A stretch of DNA of 60,467 nucleotides, the filler included. It is 5 parts of 5 records of this genome, joined end to end, with 100 filler letters (N's around TTAATTAATTAA, not from the genome) between each part and the next. Parts side by side here need not be neighbours in the genome. Positions count along the whole stretch, not along the records: positions 14,819 to 41,255 come from SRR22947727_3167; 4 more parts are not named here. One strand, given 5' to 3'. The notes beneath the pieces were generated by a model that searched no databases, was not told the origin of the DNA, and was given only the letters and a program-made list of their open reading frames with translations. Position numbers and translations under genes: made by a program. Shown here one piece after another: positions 17,611-27,385 of the stretch (the stretch's first letter is position 1; each line of letters begins with the position of its first letter).

Positions 17611-18459
17611 ATGAAATTAGTCCGCTATGGCGATATTGGCGCAGAGCGCCCCGGTTTGATTGATCCCGAAGGCGTGCTGCGCGACCTTTCAGATCATGTG
17701 ACAGATATCAACGCAAGCGTGCTCGGCGATGCGGCCTTGGCCCGCCTGCGGGCGCTGGACCCAAGCGCCTTGCCTGCGGTCAACGGGTCACCGCGCCTAG
17801 GCCCAGTTGTGGGCGATATCGGCAAGTTTCTCTGCATCGGCTTGAATTATTCCGACCACGCCGCAGAAACCGGAGCCGCCATCCCTGAACATCCCATTTT
17901 GTTTTTCAAAGCCAATTCCGCCATCGTGGGCGCCAATGATGATGTGGTAATGCCGCGCGGCTCGACCCATACGGATTGGGAAGTGGAACTTGGCGTGGTG
18001 ATCGGCACGGCGGCAAAATATGTCAGCGAAGATGAGGCTTTGAGCCATGTCGCCGGCTATTGCATCGTGAACGATGTGTCAGAGCGGCACTTTCAAACGC
18101 AGCTGACCGGGCAATGGACCAAGGGCAAAAGCTGTGACACCTTCGGCCCCACCGGCCCCTATCTCGTCACACGCGATGAAATTGCCAATCCGCAGGCTCT
18201 CGACATGTCACTGGATGTGAACGGCAAACGCATGCAAACCGGCAATACGGCGACCATGATCTTCACAGTCGCGCAAATTATCAGCCATCTGTCTCAGCTC
18301 ATGACGCTCCACGCCGGAGATGTCATCACCACCGGAACCCCTCCGGGCGTCGGGATGGGCATGAAACCGGAGCCGGTCTACCTCAAGCCCGGCGATGTGA
18401 TGGAGCTTGAAATCTCTGGCCTGGGCAAGCAGCGCCAAACCGTGCGCCAAGACGCATAA
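17611..18459 (+). CDS. Fumarylacetoacetate hydrolase family protein (2,4-diketo-acid hydrolase-like)
   Basis: CIGLNYSDH, DWEVELG, NDVSER, KGKSCDTFGP and TGTPPGVG. GGAG RBS. Confidence 0.9.
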   Translation: MKLVRYGDIGAERPGLIDPEGVLRDLSDHVTDINASVLGDAALARLRALDPSALPAVNGSPRLGPVVGDIGKFLCIGLNYSDHAAETGAAIPEHPILFFKANSAIVGANDDVVMPRGSTHTDWEVELGVVIGTAAKYVSEDEALSHVAGYCIVNDVSERHFQTQLTGQWTKGKSCDTFGPTGPYLVTRDEIANPQALDMSLDVNGKRMQTGNTATMIFTVAQIISHLSQLMTLHAGDVITTGTPPGVGMGMKPEPVYLKPGDVMELEISGLGKQRQTVRQDA

Positions 18460-18472
18460 CCAACAAGGCACG

Positions 18473-18502
18473 CCCCACCTGTGAGGCCGCTCATGGGTGG
18501 GG
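18473..18502. terminator. Stem-loop after the FAH gene
   Basis: CCCCACCTGTGAG-GCCG-CTCATGGGTGGGG; no clear U tract. Confidence 0.45.
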
Positions 18503-18531
18503 AGATCCAAATGTGACCCCTCTGCCCTCGC

Positions 18532-18858
18532 ATGACTGCCATTTCCACCATACGCAATCTTGGACCGGCCATGGAAGCCGAGTTAAATGCGGCCGGCATC
18601 GCGACCGCGGAGGCCCTGCGGGCCTGCGGCGCAGATGAGGCCTACCGCCGATTGCTTCGCTCCGGCGCGCGGCCGCATTTCATCGCCTATTATGTACTGC
18701 ACATGGCGCTGCAAGGCCGCCCATGGAACGAATGCAAAGGCGCGGAGAAAGCGGCCCTGCGCGGGGATTTCGACGCGCTGGTCGCCGAGCACCGGGGGCT
18801 CAACGATCACGGCATTGAAAAAATCCTAGATTGCATTGGCACAGGCCTGCGGCGATAA
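18532..18858 (+). CDS. TfoX/Sxy C-terminal domain protein
   Basis: HhH-like IRNLGP...L..AGI and ALQGRPW; 108 aa. Confidence 0.8.
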   Translation: MTAISTIRNLGPAMEAELNAAGIATAEALRACGADEAYRRLLRSGARPHFIAYYVLHMALQGRPWNECKGAEKAALRGDFDALVAEHRGLNDHGIEKILDCIGTGLRR

Positions 18859-18905
18859 AAAAGGCCACACCCCGAAGGGTGCAGCCCAAAAACCCGATGG
18901 GTTTT
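18857..18905. terminator. Probable bidirectional terminator region between the convergent tfoX-like gene and ndk
   Basis: Two hairpins (CACCC..GGGTG and AAAACCC-GAT-GGGTTTT) flanked by A/T runs. Confidence 0.55.
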
Positions 18906-18907
18906 AT

Positions 18908-19330
18908 TTAGCCAACCAGTTCGAGACCGGAAAAGAAATAGGCAATCTCTTGTGCGGCAGTCTCTGGCGCATCTGAGCCATGCACAGAGTTTTCACCAAC
19001 AGATTCGGCAAATTCTGCGCGGATGGTGCCGGCGGCGGCATCTGCGGGATTGGTTGCGCCCATGACTTCACGGTTCTTGGCAATGGCGCCTTCGCCTTCC
19101 AAAACCTGCGCCACAATGGGAGCGGAGGCCATGAATTCGCACAGCTCACCGTAAAACGGGCGCTCTTTATGCACCGCATAGAATTCACCGGCCTGAGCCA
19201 TGGTCAAATGAATGCGTTTTTGCGCCACGATGCGCAGGCCAGCCTCTTCGAATTTGGCATTGATCTTGCCAGTCAGGTTGCGGCGGGTTGCATCAGGTTT
19301 GATGATTGAGAATGTGCGTTCCAGAGCCAT
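18908..19330 (-). CDS. ndk: Nucleoside diphosphate kinase
   Basis: [14 protein letters not shown]...NSVHGSD; 140 aa from ATG 19330. Confidence 0.98.
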   Translation of the reverse strand: MALERTFSIIKPDATRRNLTGKINAKFEEAGLRIVAQKRIHLTMAQAGEFYAVHKERPFYGELCEFMASAPIVAQVLEGEGAIAKNREVMGATNPADAAAGTIRAEFAESVGENSVHGSDAPETAAQEIAYFFSGLELVG

Positions 19331-19490
19331 GTTCAAGGGCCTTTCTATTGCGGATTGATATTGTCCGGCGCGGTAGCATGCGGCGGGCGGATTGGAAAGC
19401 CTTGATTGCACCGGCGCGGCGGCGGCGGGCCAGATTGCGCGGGCCGGCGCAATCGGCTAACCTGCGCCATATGCAGACAAATTGATTTCC

Positions 19491-21029
19491 ATGCAGATAG
19501 AAGATTACGATAAACCCGCTGAACTGAGATTGATCGAAGCCTGCCGCAACGGGTACGATACAATATTCGGTATGGAACGGCCCGAAAAGGGCAGTGCCGA
19601 CAACACCATCCGCGCCGGGCTGATCCGGGCGCTCTTGCTCGGCACCGGCGATTGCACCCTCCCGGCCCGCGGGCTGGGGATTGAAGGTGCATGGATCACC
19701 GGCAAGCTGGATCTTGCGGACGAGGCCCTGCCGGTGCCGCTGGGGCTGATACATTGCACCCTTGAAGAGGATATCGTGCTGCGCGATTGCACCCTTCCCG
19801 CGCTCTACATGCCCGGCACTCATTTGCCCAAACTGAATGCGCAACGCCTGCAGTGCAACGGGTCGCTGCATCTGTCAGATGGATTTCAAGCGACCGGTCT
19901 GGTCGATCTGGTCGGAGCAGAGATTGACGGGCAGCTGTCCTGCAACGGCGGCAAGTTTTTGGCAGAGCGTAAGGCGCTGAACTGCAGTGCCGTAACAGTT
20001 GGGTCGGATGTGGTTTTATCGGGCGAATTTGACGCCCGGAGGAGGATCTTTCTGAACCGGTTTGAAGCCCGGGGCAGGATAGATCTGAACCGGGCGGAGA
20101 TTGCCGGAAATTTGCAGATATCCGGTGCCACCCTTAACACGGGTTTAGATGCTCAAGGGATGCGGGTGCGGGCCGGGTTTTTCTGGCGGAATGTAACGGG
20201 TGACGGGATCGAGGTTGATTTAATCGACGCCCATGTTGGCACCCTGGTTGATGGTCCCGGCTCTTGGCAGTCTGTGAAGATGCTGCGCCTGTCCTCCTTT
20301 CGCTATGACCGGATCGAAAGCGACGTGGATGTGCAGGAACGCTTGGACTGGCTGGCCAAACATGACGCTTCTGTGCGCCCGTTCACCCCGCAACCCTTTG
20401 TGCAACTGTCCAATGTCTTGCGCCGACAGGGGATGATTTCTGCGGTCAATACTGTGATGATCAAGCGCGAAGATCTTCAGCGCGACGCAGATATGGAACA
20501 AGCCGTTCAAGGAAATGAATGGTGGGGGTTGTTTGCGCTGGTCATGTTGCTTCGCCCGTTCCTAAGCCTGCCTTTCAAATGGATGTTCGGATATGGTCAC
20601 CGGCCCGCGTGGGTGTTGCTTTGGATCGCCGGTATCTTGATAATCACCGCCGCTTTTGCCCAGAAAATCCACATCCACGGGCAGTTTGCGCCGACCTCCT
20701 CGGTTGTCTTGACCTCGCAGGACTGGCTGGACAGTTTCCCAACGGAGCCCCTCCACCCCGACTCGCCGCTCTGGCGCGCGCAGATGGACGCTTGGGCTCA
20801 GACCACATCCGGGCGCGACTACACAAGCTTTAGCGCCTTTCTCTATGCGCTCGATTTATTTATCCCGCTGGATGCTTTGGGGCAGGAAAAAAATTGGGCG
20901 CCCTCAGCCGAACGGGGCTGGTGGGGCGAATGGGGCCACCGGCTGCGCTGGCTTGTGCAAATGGCCGGCTGGGTGATTACAGCCATAGGCGCGGCGGTGG
21001 TCACCGGGTTGATCGGTCGGCGGGATTGA
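19491..21029 (+). CDS. Hypothetical membrane protein: N-terminal beta-solenoid-like repeats and a C-terminal TM/pore-helix-like domain
   Basis: Repeated G.(V/I/L)DL..A(E)I.G.L pattern; C-terminal FGYGHRP..., YALDLFIPL..LGQ...W and GW...A..TGL. Confidence 0.75.
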   Translation: MQIEDYDKPAELRLIEACRNGYDTIFGMERPEKGSADNTIRAGLIRALLLGTGDCTLPARGLGIEGAWITGKLDLADEALPVPLGLIHCTLEEDIVLRDCTLPALYMPGTHLPKLNAQRLQCNGSLHLSDGFQATGLVDLVGAEIDGQLSCNGGKFLAERKALNCSAVTVGSDVVLSGEFDARRRIFLNRFEARGRIDLNRAEIAGNLQISGATLNTGLDAQGMRVRAGFFWRNVTGDGIEVDLIDAHVGTLVDGPGSWQSVKMLRLSSFRYDRIESDVDVQERLDWLAKHDASVRPFTPQPFVQLSNVLRRQGMISAVNTVMIKREDLQRDADMEQAVQGNEWWGLFALVMLLRPFLSLPFKWMFGYGHRPAWVLLWIAGILIITAAFAQKIHIHGQFAPTSSVVLTSQDWLDSFPTEPLHPDSPLWRAQMDAWAQTTSGRDYTSFSAFLYALDLFIPLDALGQEKNWAPSAERGWWGEWGHRLRWLVQMAGWVITAIGAAVVTGLIGRRD

Positions 21030-21060
21030 CCTTTCCTGCGCTTCGCGTCATGGGAGAGCC

Positions 21061-22902
21061 ATGCTGAAAATCCAAGATATCACCTATGCCGTCGATGGCC
21101 GCCGCTTGTTTGAGGGCGCCAGTGCAACCATTCCCACCGGCCATAAAGTGGGCTTTGTCGGCCCCAATGGCACGGGAAAAACCACGCTTTTTCGCATTAT
21201 ACGCGGGGAATTGGCGCTGGAAAGTGGCGCGATTGAACTGCCCCGTCGGGCCAAGATTGGCGGCGTGGCGCAGGAGGCCCCGGCCAATGATCTGTCGCTG
21301 CTCGACACGGTTTTGGCCGCAGATGTCGAGCGGGCGGCGCTCTTGGCCGATACCAGCGAAGATCCCAACAGAATCGCCGAGGTGCAAACCCGTCTGGCCG
21401 ATATTGATGCCTGGTCCGCCGAAGGGCGCGCCTCTGCCATTCTCAAAGGTCTGGGCTTTGACGAGGCGGCGCAAAAGCGCCCCTGCTCTGACTTCTCAGG
21501 CGGCTGGCGGATGCGGGTGGCCTTGGCGGCGGTGTTGTTTTCCGCGCCAGATCTTTTGCTGCTGGATGAGCCGACCAACTATCTCGATCTTGAGGGCACC
21601 ATCTGGCTCGAAGCCTTTTTGGCGCGCTATCCGCATACGGTGGTGGTGATCAGCCACGACCGCGACTTGCTCAACCGCGCCGTGGGCGGGATCTTGCATC
21701 TTGAGAACAAGCAATTGACCTTCTACCAAGGCAATTACGATACATTCGCCAAAACCCGCGCTGCAAAACGCGCGGTGCAAGCGGCCGCGGCGAAAAAGCA
21801 ATCAGCGCAGCGCGAGCATTTGCAAAGTTTTGTCGATCGCTTCAAGGCCAAGGCCTCCAAGGCCAAACAAGCGCAATCGCGCGTCAAGGCGCTGGAGCGC
21901 ATGGAGCTGATCACCCCGCCGGAGGAGGTGGCAAAGCGGGTCTTTACCTTCCCGCAGCCCGAAGAGCTGTCACCGCCCATTGTTGCGATTGAAAACGGCG
22001 CCGTCGGCTATGGCGGGCCGGATATCCTATCTCAGCTGGAGTTGCGGATTGATCAGGACGACCGCATTGCGCTTCTGGGCAAGAACGGTGAAGGAAAATC
22101 AACCCTGTCGAAGTTGATCTCTGGCCGACTCAAAACCTCTGCCGGGCGGCTTTTGACCCATAACAAATTGCGCATTGGCTATTTTGCCCAGCATCAGGTC
22201 GATGAGCTGATCCTCGACGAAACACCGCTGCAACATCTGCAGTCCGAACGCCCCGATCACAGCCCGGCCCGCCTGCGCGCCATGCTCTCGGGCTTTGGTC
22301 TGGGGCCCGATCAGGTCGATACAGTGGTTGCGCGTCTCTCAGGCGGGCAAAAGGCGCGGCTATCGCTCTTGCTGGCCACGTTGGATGCGCCGCATATGCT
22401 GATTTTGGATGAGCCGACAAACCACCTGGATATCGAAAGCCGCGAGGCCTTGGTGCAAGCGCTGACAACCTATTCTGGCGCGGTGATTTTGGTGAGCCAT
22501 GACATGCATCTTTTATCGCTCGTGGCCGACCGTTTGTGGTTGGTCTCGGGCGGTCGGGTCACACCGTTTGACCAAGATCTCGCGGCCTATCGCGATTTTC
22601 TTCTCGGCGGCGCTGCGCCCAAGAAATCCTCTGAAAAGCCCAAGATCAAAAAGCCCGGACGCGAGTTGCGGATTGCGGCCCGCAGCGAGCTGAAACGCGC
22701 AGAAGAGCGTATCGAAAAAATCACCGTGATGCATGAAAAATTGCAAGAAAAGCTCGCGGATCCAAAGCTCTATGAGGATCATAATGCCGCCGACCTTGCG
22801 GTCTGGCAAAAAAAGTTTCATGAAGTGGAGACCGCCCTGTTGCGGGCCGAAAAGCTATGGCTCAACGCCAGTGAAACTGTAGAGAAATTGGAAAATGTCT
22901 GA
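21061..22902 (+). CDS. ABC-F family ATPase (YheS/Uup-like translation factor)
   Basis: Two ABC domains (GPNGTGKT/FSGGW/LDEPTN and GKNGEGKS/LSGGQ/LDEPTN), no TM segments, C-terminal coiled coil. Confidence 0.93.
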   Translation: MLKIQDITYAVDGRRLFEGASATIPTGHKVGFVGPNGTGKTTLFRIIRGELALESGAIELPRRAKIGGVAQEAPANDLSLLDTVLAADVERAALLADTSEDPNRIAEVQTRLADIDAWSAEGRASAILKGLGFDEAAQKRPCSDFSGGWRMRVALAAVLFSAPDLLLLDEPTNYLDLEGTIWLEAFLARYPHTVVVISHDRDLLNRAVGGILHLENKQLTFYQGNYDTFAKTRAAKRAVQAAAAKKQSAQREHLQSFVDRFKAKASKAKQAQSRVKALERMELITPPEEVAKRVFTFPQPEELSPPIVAIENGAVGYGGPDILSQLELRIDQDDRIALLGKNGEGKSTLSKLISGRLKTSAGRLLTHNKLRIGYFAQHQVDELILDETPLQHLQSERPDHSPARLRAMLSGFGLGPDQVDTVVARLSGGQKARLSLLLATLDAPHMLILDEPTNHLDIESREALVQALTTYSGAVILVSHDMHLLSLVADRLWLVSGGRVTPFDQDLAAYRDFLLGGAAPKKSSEKPKIKKPGRELRIAARSELKRAEERIEKITVMHEKLQEKLADPKLYEDHNAADLAVWQKKFHEVETALLRAEKLWLNASETVEKLENV

Positions 22903-23536
22903 GTTGATTGATACGCTGCCGCTGATTTGGGCTTTTGCGACCTTATTCGTGGTGATTGATCCGATCGGTCTGGCGCCGATTTTTGTGGCTTTGACCCAGG
23001 GAATCGAGCCCAAAAAGCGCAAGGCCATTGGGATGCGCGCCTGTATGATCGCCTTTGTTATTCTGGCGCTCTTTGGATTCTTCGGCGAGTCTGTTTTAGG
23101 GTTTGCGGGAATCTCGATGCCGGCCTTTCAAATTGCCGGTGGGGTATTATTGTTCTTAACCGCCCTAGAAATGCTATTTGAGCTGCGCGCCAAACGGCGC
23201 AGCACCAAGGGCGATGACGTTGAGGATGATGACAACGATCCATCGGTCTTCCCTCTGGCCACACCCCTGATTGCCGGACCCGGGGCGATTGCGACGGTCA
23301 TATTGTTGACCAATGAGGCTCAGGGCAATCTTTTGCAGCAAATCAGTGTGATTGTGGTGATGGGCGCGGTGGTTCTCACAGCCTTTATTCTATTCATGCT
23401 CGCAGGTGTGATGGAGCGCGCCTTAGGGCAAACCGGAATTTTGGTGGTCAGCCGGGTCTTGGGCATGTTATTGGCGGCCTTAGCGGTGCAATTTATATTA
23501 AACGGATTGCTGGGCTTTAGCGCGACCTTTGGCTAA
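22895..23536 (+). CDS. MarC family membrane protein
   Basis: VIDPIG, F.IAGG.LLF and FPLATPLIAGPGAI. Confidence 0.92.
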   Translation: MSELIDTLPLIWAFATLFVVIDPIGLAPIFVALTQGIEPKKRKAIGMRACMIAFVILALFGFFGESVLGFAGISMPAFQIAGGVLLFLTALEMLFELRAKRRSTKGDDVEDDDNDPSVFPLATPLIAGPGAIATVILLTNEAQGNLLQQISVIVVMGAVVLTAFILFMLAGVMERALGQTGILVVSRVLGMLLAALAVQFILNGLLGFSATFG

Positions 23537-23569
23537 AGTGGCCCTCTCGCGCATATTAGGAAGGCTGAC

Positions 23570-24154
23570 ATGAGCGGCGACTTACTTGCAAGTCTTGGTT
23601 ATTTGGCCCTGCTGCTCTTGGCTTTAGGCGGCGCCTATTTGGCGAGCCATCGCCAATCGGTCGGCAAATCGCTGCAAATGGCTCTGGTCTGGGGCATGAT
23701 CTTCATGGGCTGCATGGCCATTTATGGCCTCTGGGGCGATATCAGTCGCGATTATGGCCGCAAAAGCTTGCCCATCACCCGGCAAGACGGCGCAATTGCC
23801 CTGCCCCGCGCTCCCGATGGGCATTACTATGTGACAGCTGAGGTGAATGGCACCGAAATTGATTTTCTGGTCGACACCGGGGCCAGTGATATCGTTTTGT
23901 CGCGAACAGATGCCGCGCGCATTGGCTTTGACTTAGACGAACTGGCGTTTTTGGGCAGCGCGCGCACTGCGAATGGCGTTGTGCCCATTGCCTATAGCCG
24001 CCTCAAAACCATTCGCCTTGGCCCCTATTTGGACCAAGGCATCTCCGTATCAATCAATGGCGGTGAGATGGACAAGAGCCTGTTGGGTATGAGCTACCTC
24101 GGGCGTTTTGGACGGATTGAAATTGCCCAAGATCAACTGATCCTGCGGCGCTGA
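23570..24154 (+). CDS. Clan AA (retropepsin-like) aspartic protease, TIGR02281 type
   Basis: DGHY, FLVDTGAS, TANG and SLLGMSYL; N-terminal TM helices. Confidence 0.9.
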   Translation: MSGDLLASLGYLALLLLALGGAYLASHRQSVGKSLQMALVWGMIFMGCMAIYGLWGDISRDYGRKSLPITRQDGAIALPRAPDGHYYVTAEVNGTEIDFLVDTGASDIVLSRTDAARIGFDLDELAFLGSARTANGVVPIAYSRLKTIRLGPYLDQGISVSINGGEMDKSLLGMSYLGRFGRIEIAQDQLILRR

Positions 24155-24191
24155 ACCCGTTTGAAAACCTATTGGCCTTTAGGGCGTAGAC

Positions 24192-24662
24192 CTAGGCATT
24201 GCTGGCTTCTTTCTCAGCCTGAAGCGCCCAATTGCCTTGGGCCTGGCTCCAATATTTCGCCGCAATCCCCGCCTCTGTCAGAGATTTCCATTGCGCCCGC
24301 GCGTTTTGCATATGCTGGCCATTGTCATCTTGAAATAGGATGCACACGCGCTTGCTGGATAAGACCTCATCGGCGGTGACGGCGCTGCCGCCGATGCACA
24401 TCAAACAATCATGCGGCGCCTCATGACCCTCCAGCGCCAACAATACAGGCTGATCGGCCTCCTGAGCTGTGCCGGCAAGCCCATGGGGCAGGAACTCTTC
24501 GGCCGGTCCCTGCCACAAGGCATCATCGAGCTGATGTATCTCCGCCGCCTCACGGCCTCGGATCACCACCCTCCAGCCATTGGCCAGGCATTTGCTCAAA
24601 AGTGGGCGCAGGGCCTGATCCACCCTCTGGCGCGTCAGGTGGTAAAAATAGACCTCACTCAC
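24192..24662 (-). CDS. holC: DNA polymerase III chi subunit
   Basis: V.FYHL, LDDALW....FLPHG and AR.QWK; downstream of pepA. Confidence 0.92.
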   Translation of the reverse strand: MSEVYFYHLTRQRVDQALRPLLSKCLANGWRVVIRGREAAEIHQLDDALWQGPAEEFLPHGLAGTAQEADQPVLLALEGHEAPHDCLMCIGGSAVTADEVLSSKRVCILFQDDNGQHMQNARAQWKSLTEAGIAAKYWSQAQGNWALQAEKEASNA

Positions 24663-26145
24663 CCGGCGCATCCTCGCCCTTTGCCTCGTAATGATCTGCG
24701 ATCAGACGGTTCAAGGCCCGCACGCCCCATCCTGTGGCGCCTTTAGGCGCAAAGGCGCTTTCCGAGGCAATGGAGGCCACGCCAGCGATATCCAAATGCG
24801 CCCAAGGCATATCATCTTTCACAAACCGCTGCAGAAACTGCCCAGCCGTGATCGAGCCCGCCGCCCGCGTGCCCACATTTTTCATATCAGCAATGCGCGA
24901 TTTGAGCATTTTGTCATAGGCCGGCGCCAAGGGCATACGCCAAGCGCCTTCGCCTTCGGCCGTGGCCGCCGTGATGAAATCCTTTGACAATTTGTCGTCA
25001 TTGGAAAACACACCGGCCATTTCATGGCCCAGCCCGATGATGATGGCTCCGGTCAAAGTCGCCAGATTGATCATGCTGCTGGGTGCGAAACGTTCTTGCG
25101 TGTACCAAAGAATATCCGCCAAAACCAAACGGCCCTCGGCATCCGTGTTGATGACTTCGACCGTATCGCCTTTCATGGATTTGATGACGTCTCCAGGGCG
25201 CACGGCATTGCCGGAGGGCATATTTTCCACCAGTCCCACGACGCCGACCACATTGGCCTTGGCATCGCGCTGCGCCAAGGCTTTCATCACCCCGGCGACA
25301 ACACCTGCGCCGCCCATATCCATGGTCATATCTTCCATGCCAGCTGCCGGTTTCAAGGAAATGCCGCCCGTGTCAAAGACAACCCCTTTGCCGACCAGAG
25401 CGAATGGCGCCTCCTCGCCGCCGCCGGTCCAGCGCATGACAACAACCTTCGAGGGGCTATCAGAGCCCTGGCCGACGCAAAGCAAGGTGCGCATACCGAG
25501 TTTCTCCAACTCCGCCTCTTCGAGAACTTCGACCTCGAGCCCCAAATCGCTCAAAGCCACAAGCTGCTCGGCGAAATGGCTTGTTGTCAGCACATTGGCC
25601 GGCGCATTGGTCAGATCTCGGGTGAAAAACACCCCGTCCAATACGGCCAATTTCGTCTCAATCTCCGCCTGCTGTTCCAGCGCATCTGGCCCCATCACCT
25701 CCACATCAAAGGGTTTTGGTGCCGCGTCGCTTTTTTGATCCAAATACTCATAATTGCGCAGCGCCATGCCTTCGATTAAATCGCTGATCCGCTTGAATTT
25801 ACTGCACGCAATGACGAAGCGCTCACTGACGCTGGCTTTGGCGATCTCCACGCCACAGCTGCGCGCCGCGCCTTGCGTACAATTGCGGTCAATTTTCGCC
25901 AGGCTCACCGCACGGGCCATCAAGCCGGTGGGATAAGAGAGGGTCATGACTTTACCGGCCTCCAAATCTTCAAAGCCTTTGGAGGCCAAAAATCTGGCCA
26001 GGGCCCCCTTGGTTGCCTTGTTGATCCGACGCCCCACCACATCCATGCGGCCATCCTCTTGCACCAAAAGCACGATTTGCCCCTCATAGTCCTGCAAGCG
26101 ATCTAATTCCAACTCAGAGATGGTAAACTTTGGCAGCGGTGTCAT
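24655..26145 (-). CDS. pepA: Leucyl aminopeptidase (M17)
   Basis: VGKGVVFDTGGISLK, DMGGAG and NTDAEGRL. Confidence 0.96.
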   Translation of the reverse strand: MTPLPKFTISELELDRLQDYEGQIVLLVQEDGRMDVVGRRINKATKGALARFLASKGFEDLEAGKVMTLSYPTGLMARAVSLAKIDRNCTQGAARSCGVEIAKASVSERFVIACSKFKRISDLIEGMALRNYEYLDQKSDAAPKPFDVEVMGPDALEQQAEIETKLAVLDGVFFTRDLTNAPANVLTTSHFAEQLVALSDLGLEVEVLEEAELEKLGMRTLLCVGQGSDSPSKVVVMRWTGGGEEAPFALVGKGVVFDTGGISLKPAAGMEDMTMDMGGAGVVAGVMKALAQRDAKANVVGVVGLVENMPSGNAVRPGDVIKSMKGDTVEVINTDAEGRLVLADILWYTQERFAPSSMINLATLTGAIIIGLGHEMAGVFSNDDKLSKDFITAATAEGEGAWRMPLAPAYDKMLKSRIADMKNVGTRAAGSITAGQFLQRFVKDDMPWAHLDIAGVASIASESAFAPKGATGWGVRALNRLIADHYEAKGEDAPGE

Positions 26146-26266
26146 GGGTGTTCCTTTTCAAAAATATGGGCAAAGCCTAGCCTGTCGCATTGATTTTGAC
26201 CAGATTCATGTTTCTGTTCTGTGCAATTTCCTTTAGCAGTACACATAAGATCACTGCGGGGGCCAT

Positions 26267-27385
26267 ATGGGGCGGATCAACACATATATTCTGAAGCAAT
26301 TGCTCAAAATGTTTGGGTTTTTTGCATTGGTATTGGTGTTGATCTATTGGATCAACCGCGCGGTGAGCCTGTTTGATCGGCTGATTGCCGATGGTCAATC
26401 GGCATTGGTTTTCTTGGAGTTCACCTCTTTGACCCTTCCCTGGATGATTTTTGTAATCGCCCCAATCGCCGGATTTGCCGCGGTCATCTATGTGATCCAT
26501 CGTCTCGCGACAGACCGAGAGTTGGTGGTTGTGCAAAGCGCGGGCCTGTCGGTGGCTCAGATTGCCAAGCCCGTTTGGGGCTTTGCCATCAGCCTGGCTG
26601 TCTTAACCTTGGTGCTCAGCAGCATCTTAGTGCCAATTAGCCAAGCGCAATTACATCAAAGGCAGATGGAAGTTGCGGAAAACCTGACCGCAAGGCTGCT
26701 CACCGAAGGCAAGTTCTTAACCCCGAGCGATACCATCACCTTTTATTTGCGCCATATCACCGCCGAGGGTCAGCTCGAAGGCGTTTTTCTCAATGATGCT
26801 TCAGACCCGGGTAAAAATATCACCTATTCAGCAGCCAAGGCCTTTTTGGTGCGTTCAGAGGTTGGGCCACGCTTGGTTTTGATTGATGGTGTCATTCAAA
26901 ACCTCGATCTGACCACCGATAAACTGGCCGTCACGCGGTTCAATGATTTCGTCATAAATATTGGTCAGATTGTCAGCCCAGGCGGCACCGCAGCCAAGCG
27001 CTCAGAACATTTCACCAGCCTACAGCTGATCGCGCAACTCATAAGCGTGCCAGATATGCGTGAAAGCGCCCGTTTTGACATGCTCTATACGCTGCATCAG
27101 CGACTGGCGGGACCATTATTGTCCATGTGTCTGGTGCTGATTGGCTTTGCCGTGATGGTCACGGCCCGATACAGCCGTTTCGGCCTATGGCGCCCAATCC
27201 TGGTGGCGGTAATTTGTCTGATTTTGGTTAAATTTATCGAAGGCCTATGCATGGATTACAGCCGCCAAAATCATGATGCGCTTTGGGTTCTCTACCTGCC
27301 CCTCCTATGCGGCGCTGTGCTGTCTTACGGCATCATCTTCACGGCCGATCAAATCTGGAACTCGGATAAGGCGGCTGGCATATGA
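26267..27385 (+). CDS. lptF: LPS export ABC permease LptF
   Basis: YjgP/Q pattern DRELVV.QSAGLS; divergent from pepA in the conserved alphaproteobacterial cluster. Confidence 0.9.
   Translation: MGRINTYILKQLLKMFGFFALVLVLIYWINRAVSLFDRLIADGQSALVFLEFTSLTLPWMIFVIAPIAGFAAVIYVIHRLATDRELVVVQSAGLSVAQIAKPVWGFAISLAVLTLVLSSILVPISQAQLHQRQMEVAENLTARLLTEGKFLTPSDTITFYLRHITAEGQLEGVFLNDASDPGKNITYSAAKAFLVRSEVGPRLVLIDGVIQNLDLTTDKLAVTRFNDFVINIGQIVSPGGTAAKRSEHFTSLQLIAQLISVPDMRESARFDMLYTLHQRLAGPLLSMCLVLIGFAVMVTARYSRFGLWRPILVAVICLILVKFIEGLCMDYSRQNHDALWVLYLPLLCGAVLSYGIIFTADQIWNSDKAAGI

Noticed and set aside
13672-18459. Reading the SDR/dehydratase/FAH genes as the downstream part of the levoglucosan-type island
   Set aside because: A contig spacer separates them and composition differs, so adjacency in the window is not evidence of linkage.
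24962-25779. Long plus-strand ORFs (258 and 251 aa) opposite pepA, and similar ORFs opposite ilvI, prfA, speB and glcD
   Set aside because: They are antisense shadows of conserved genes in GC-rich DNA and show no recognisable motifs.
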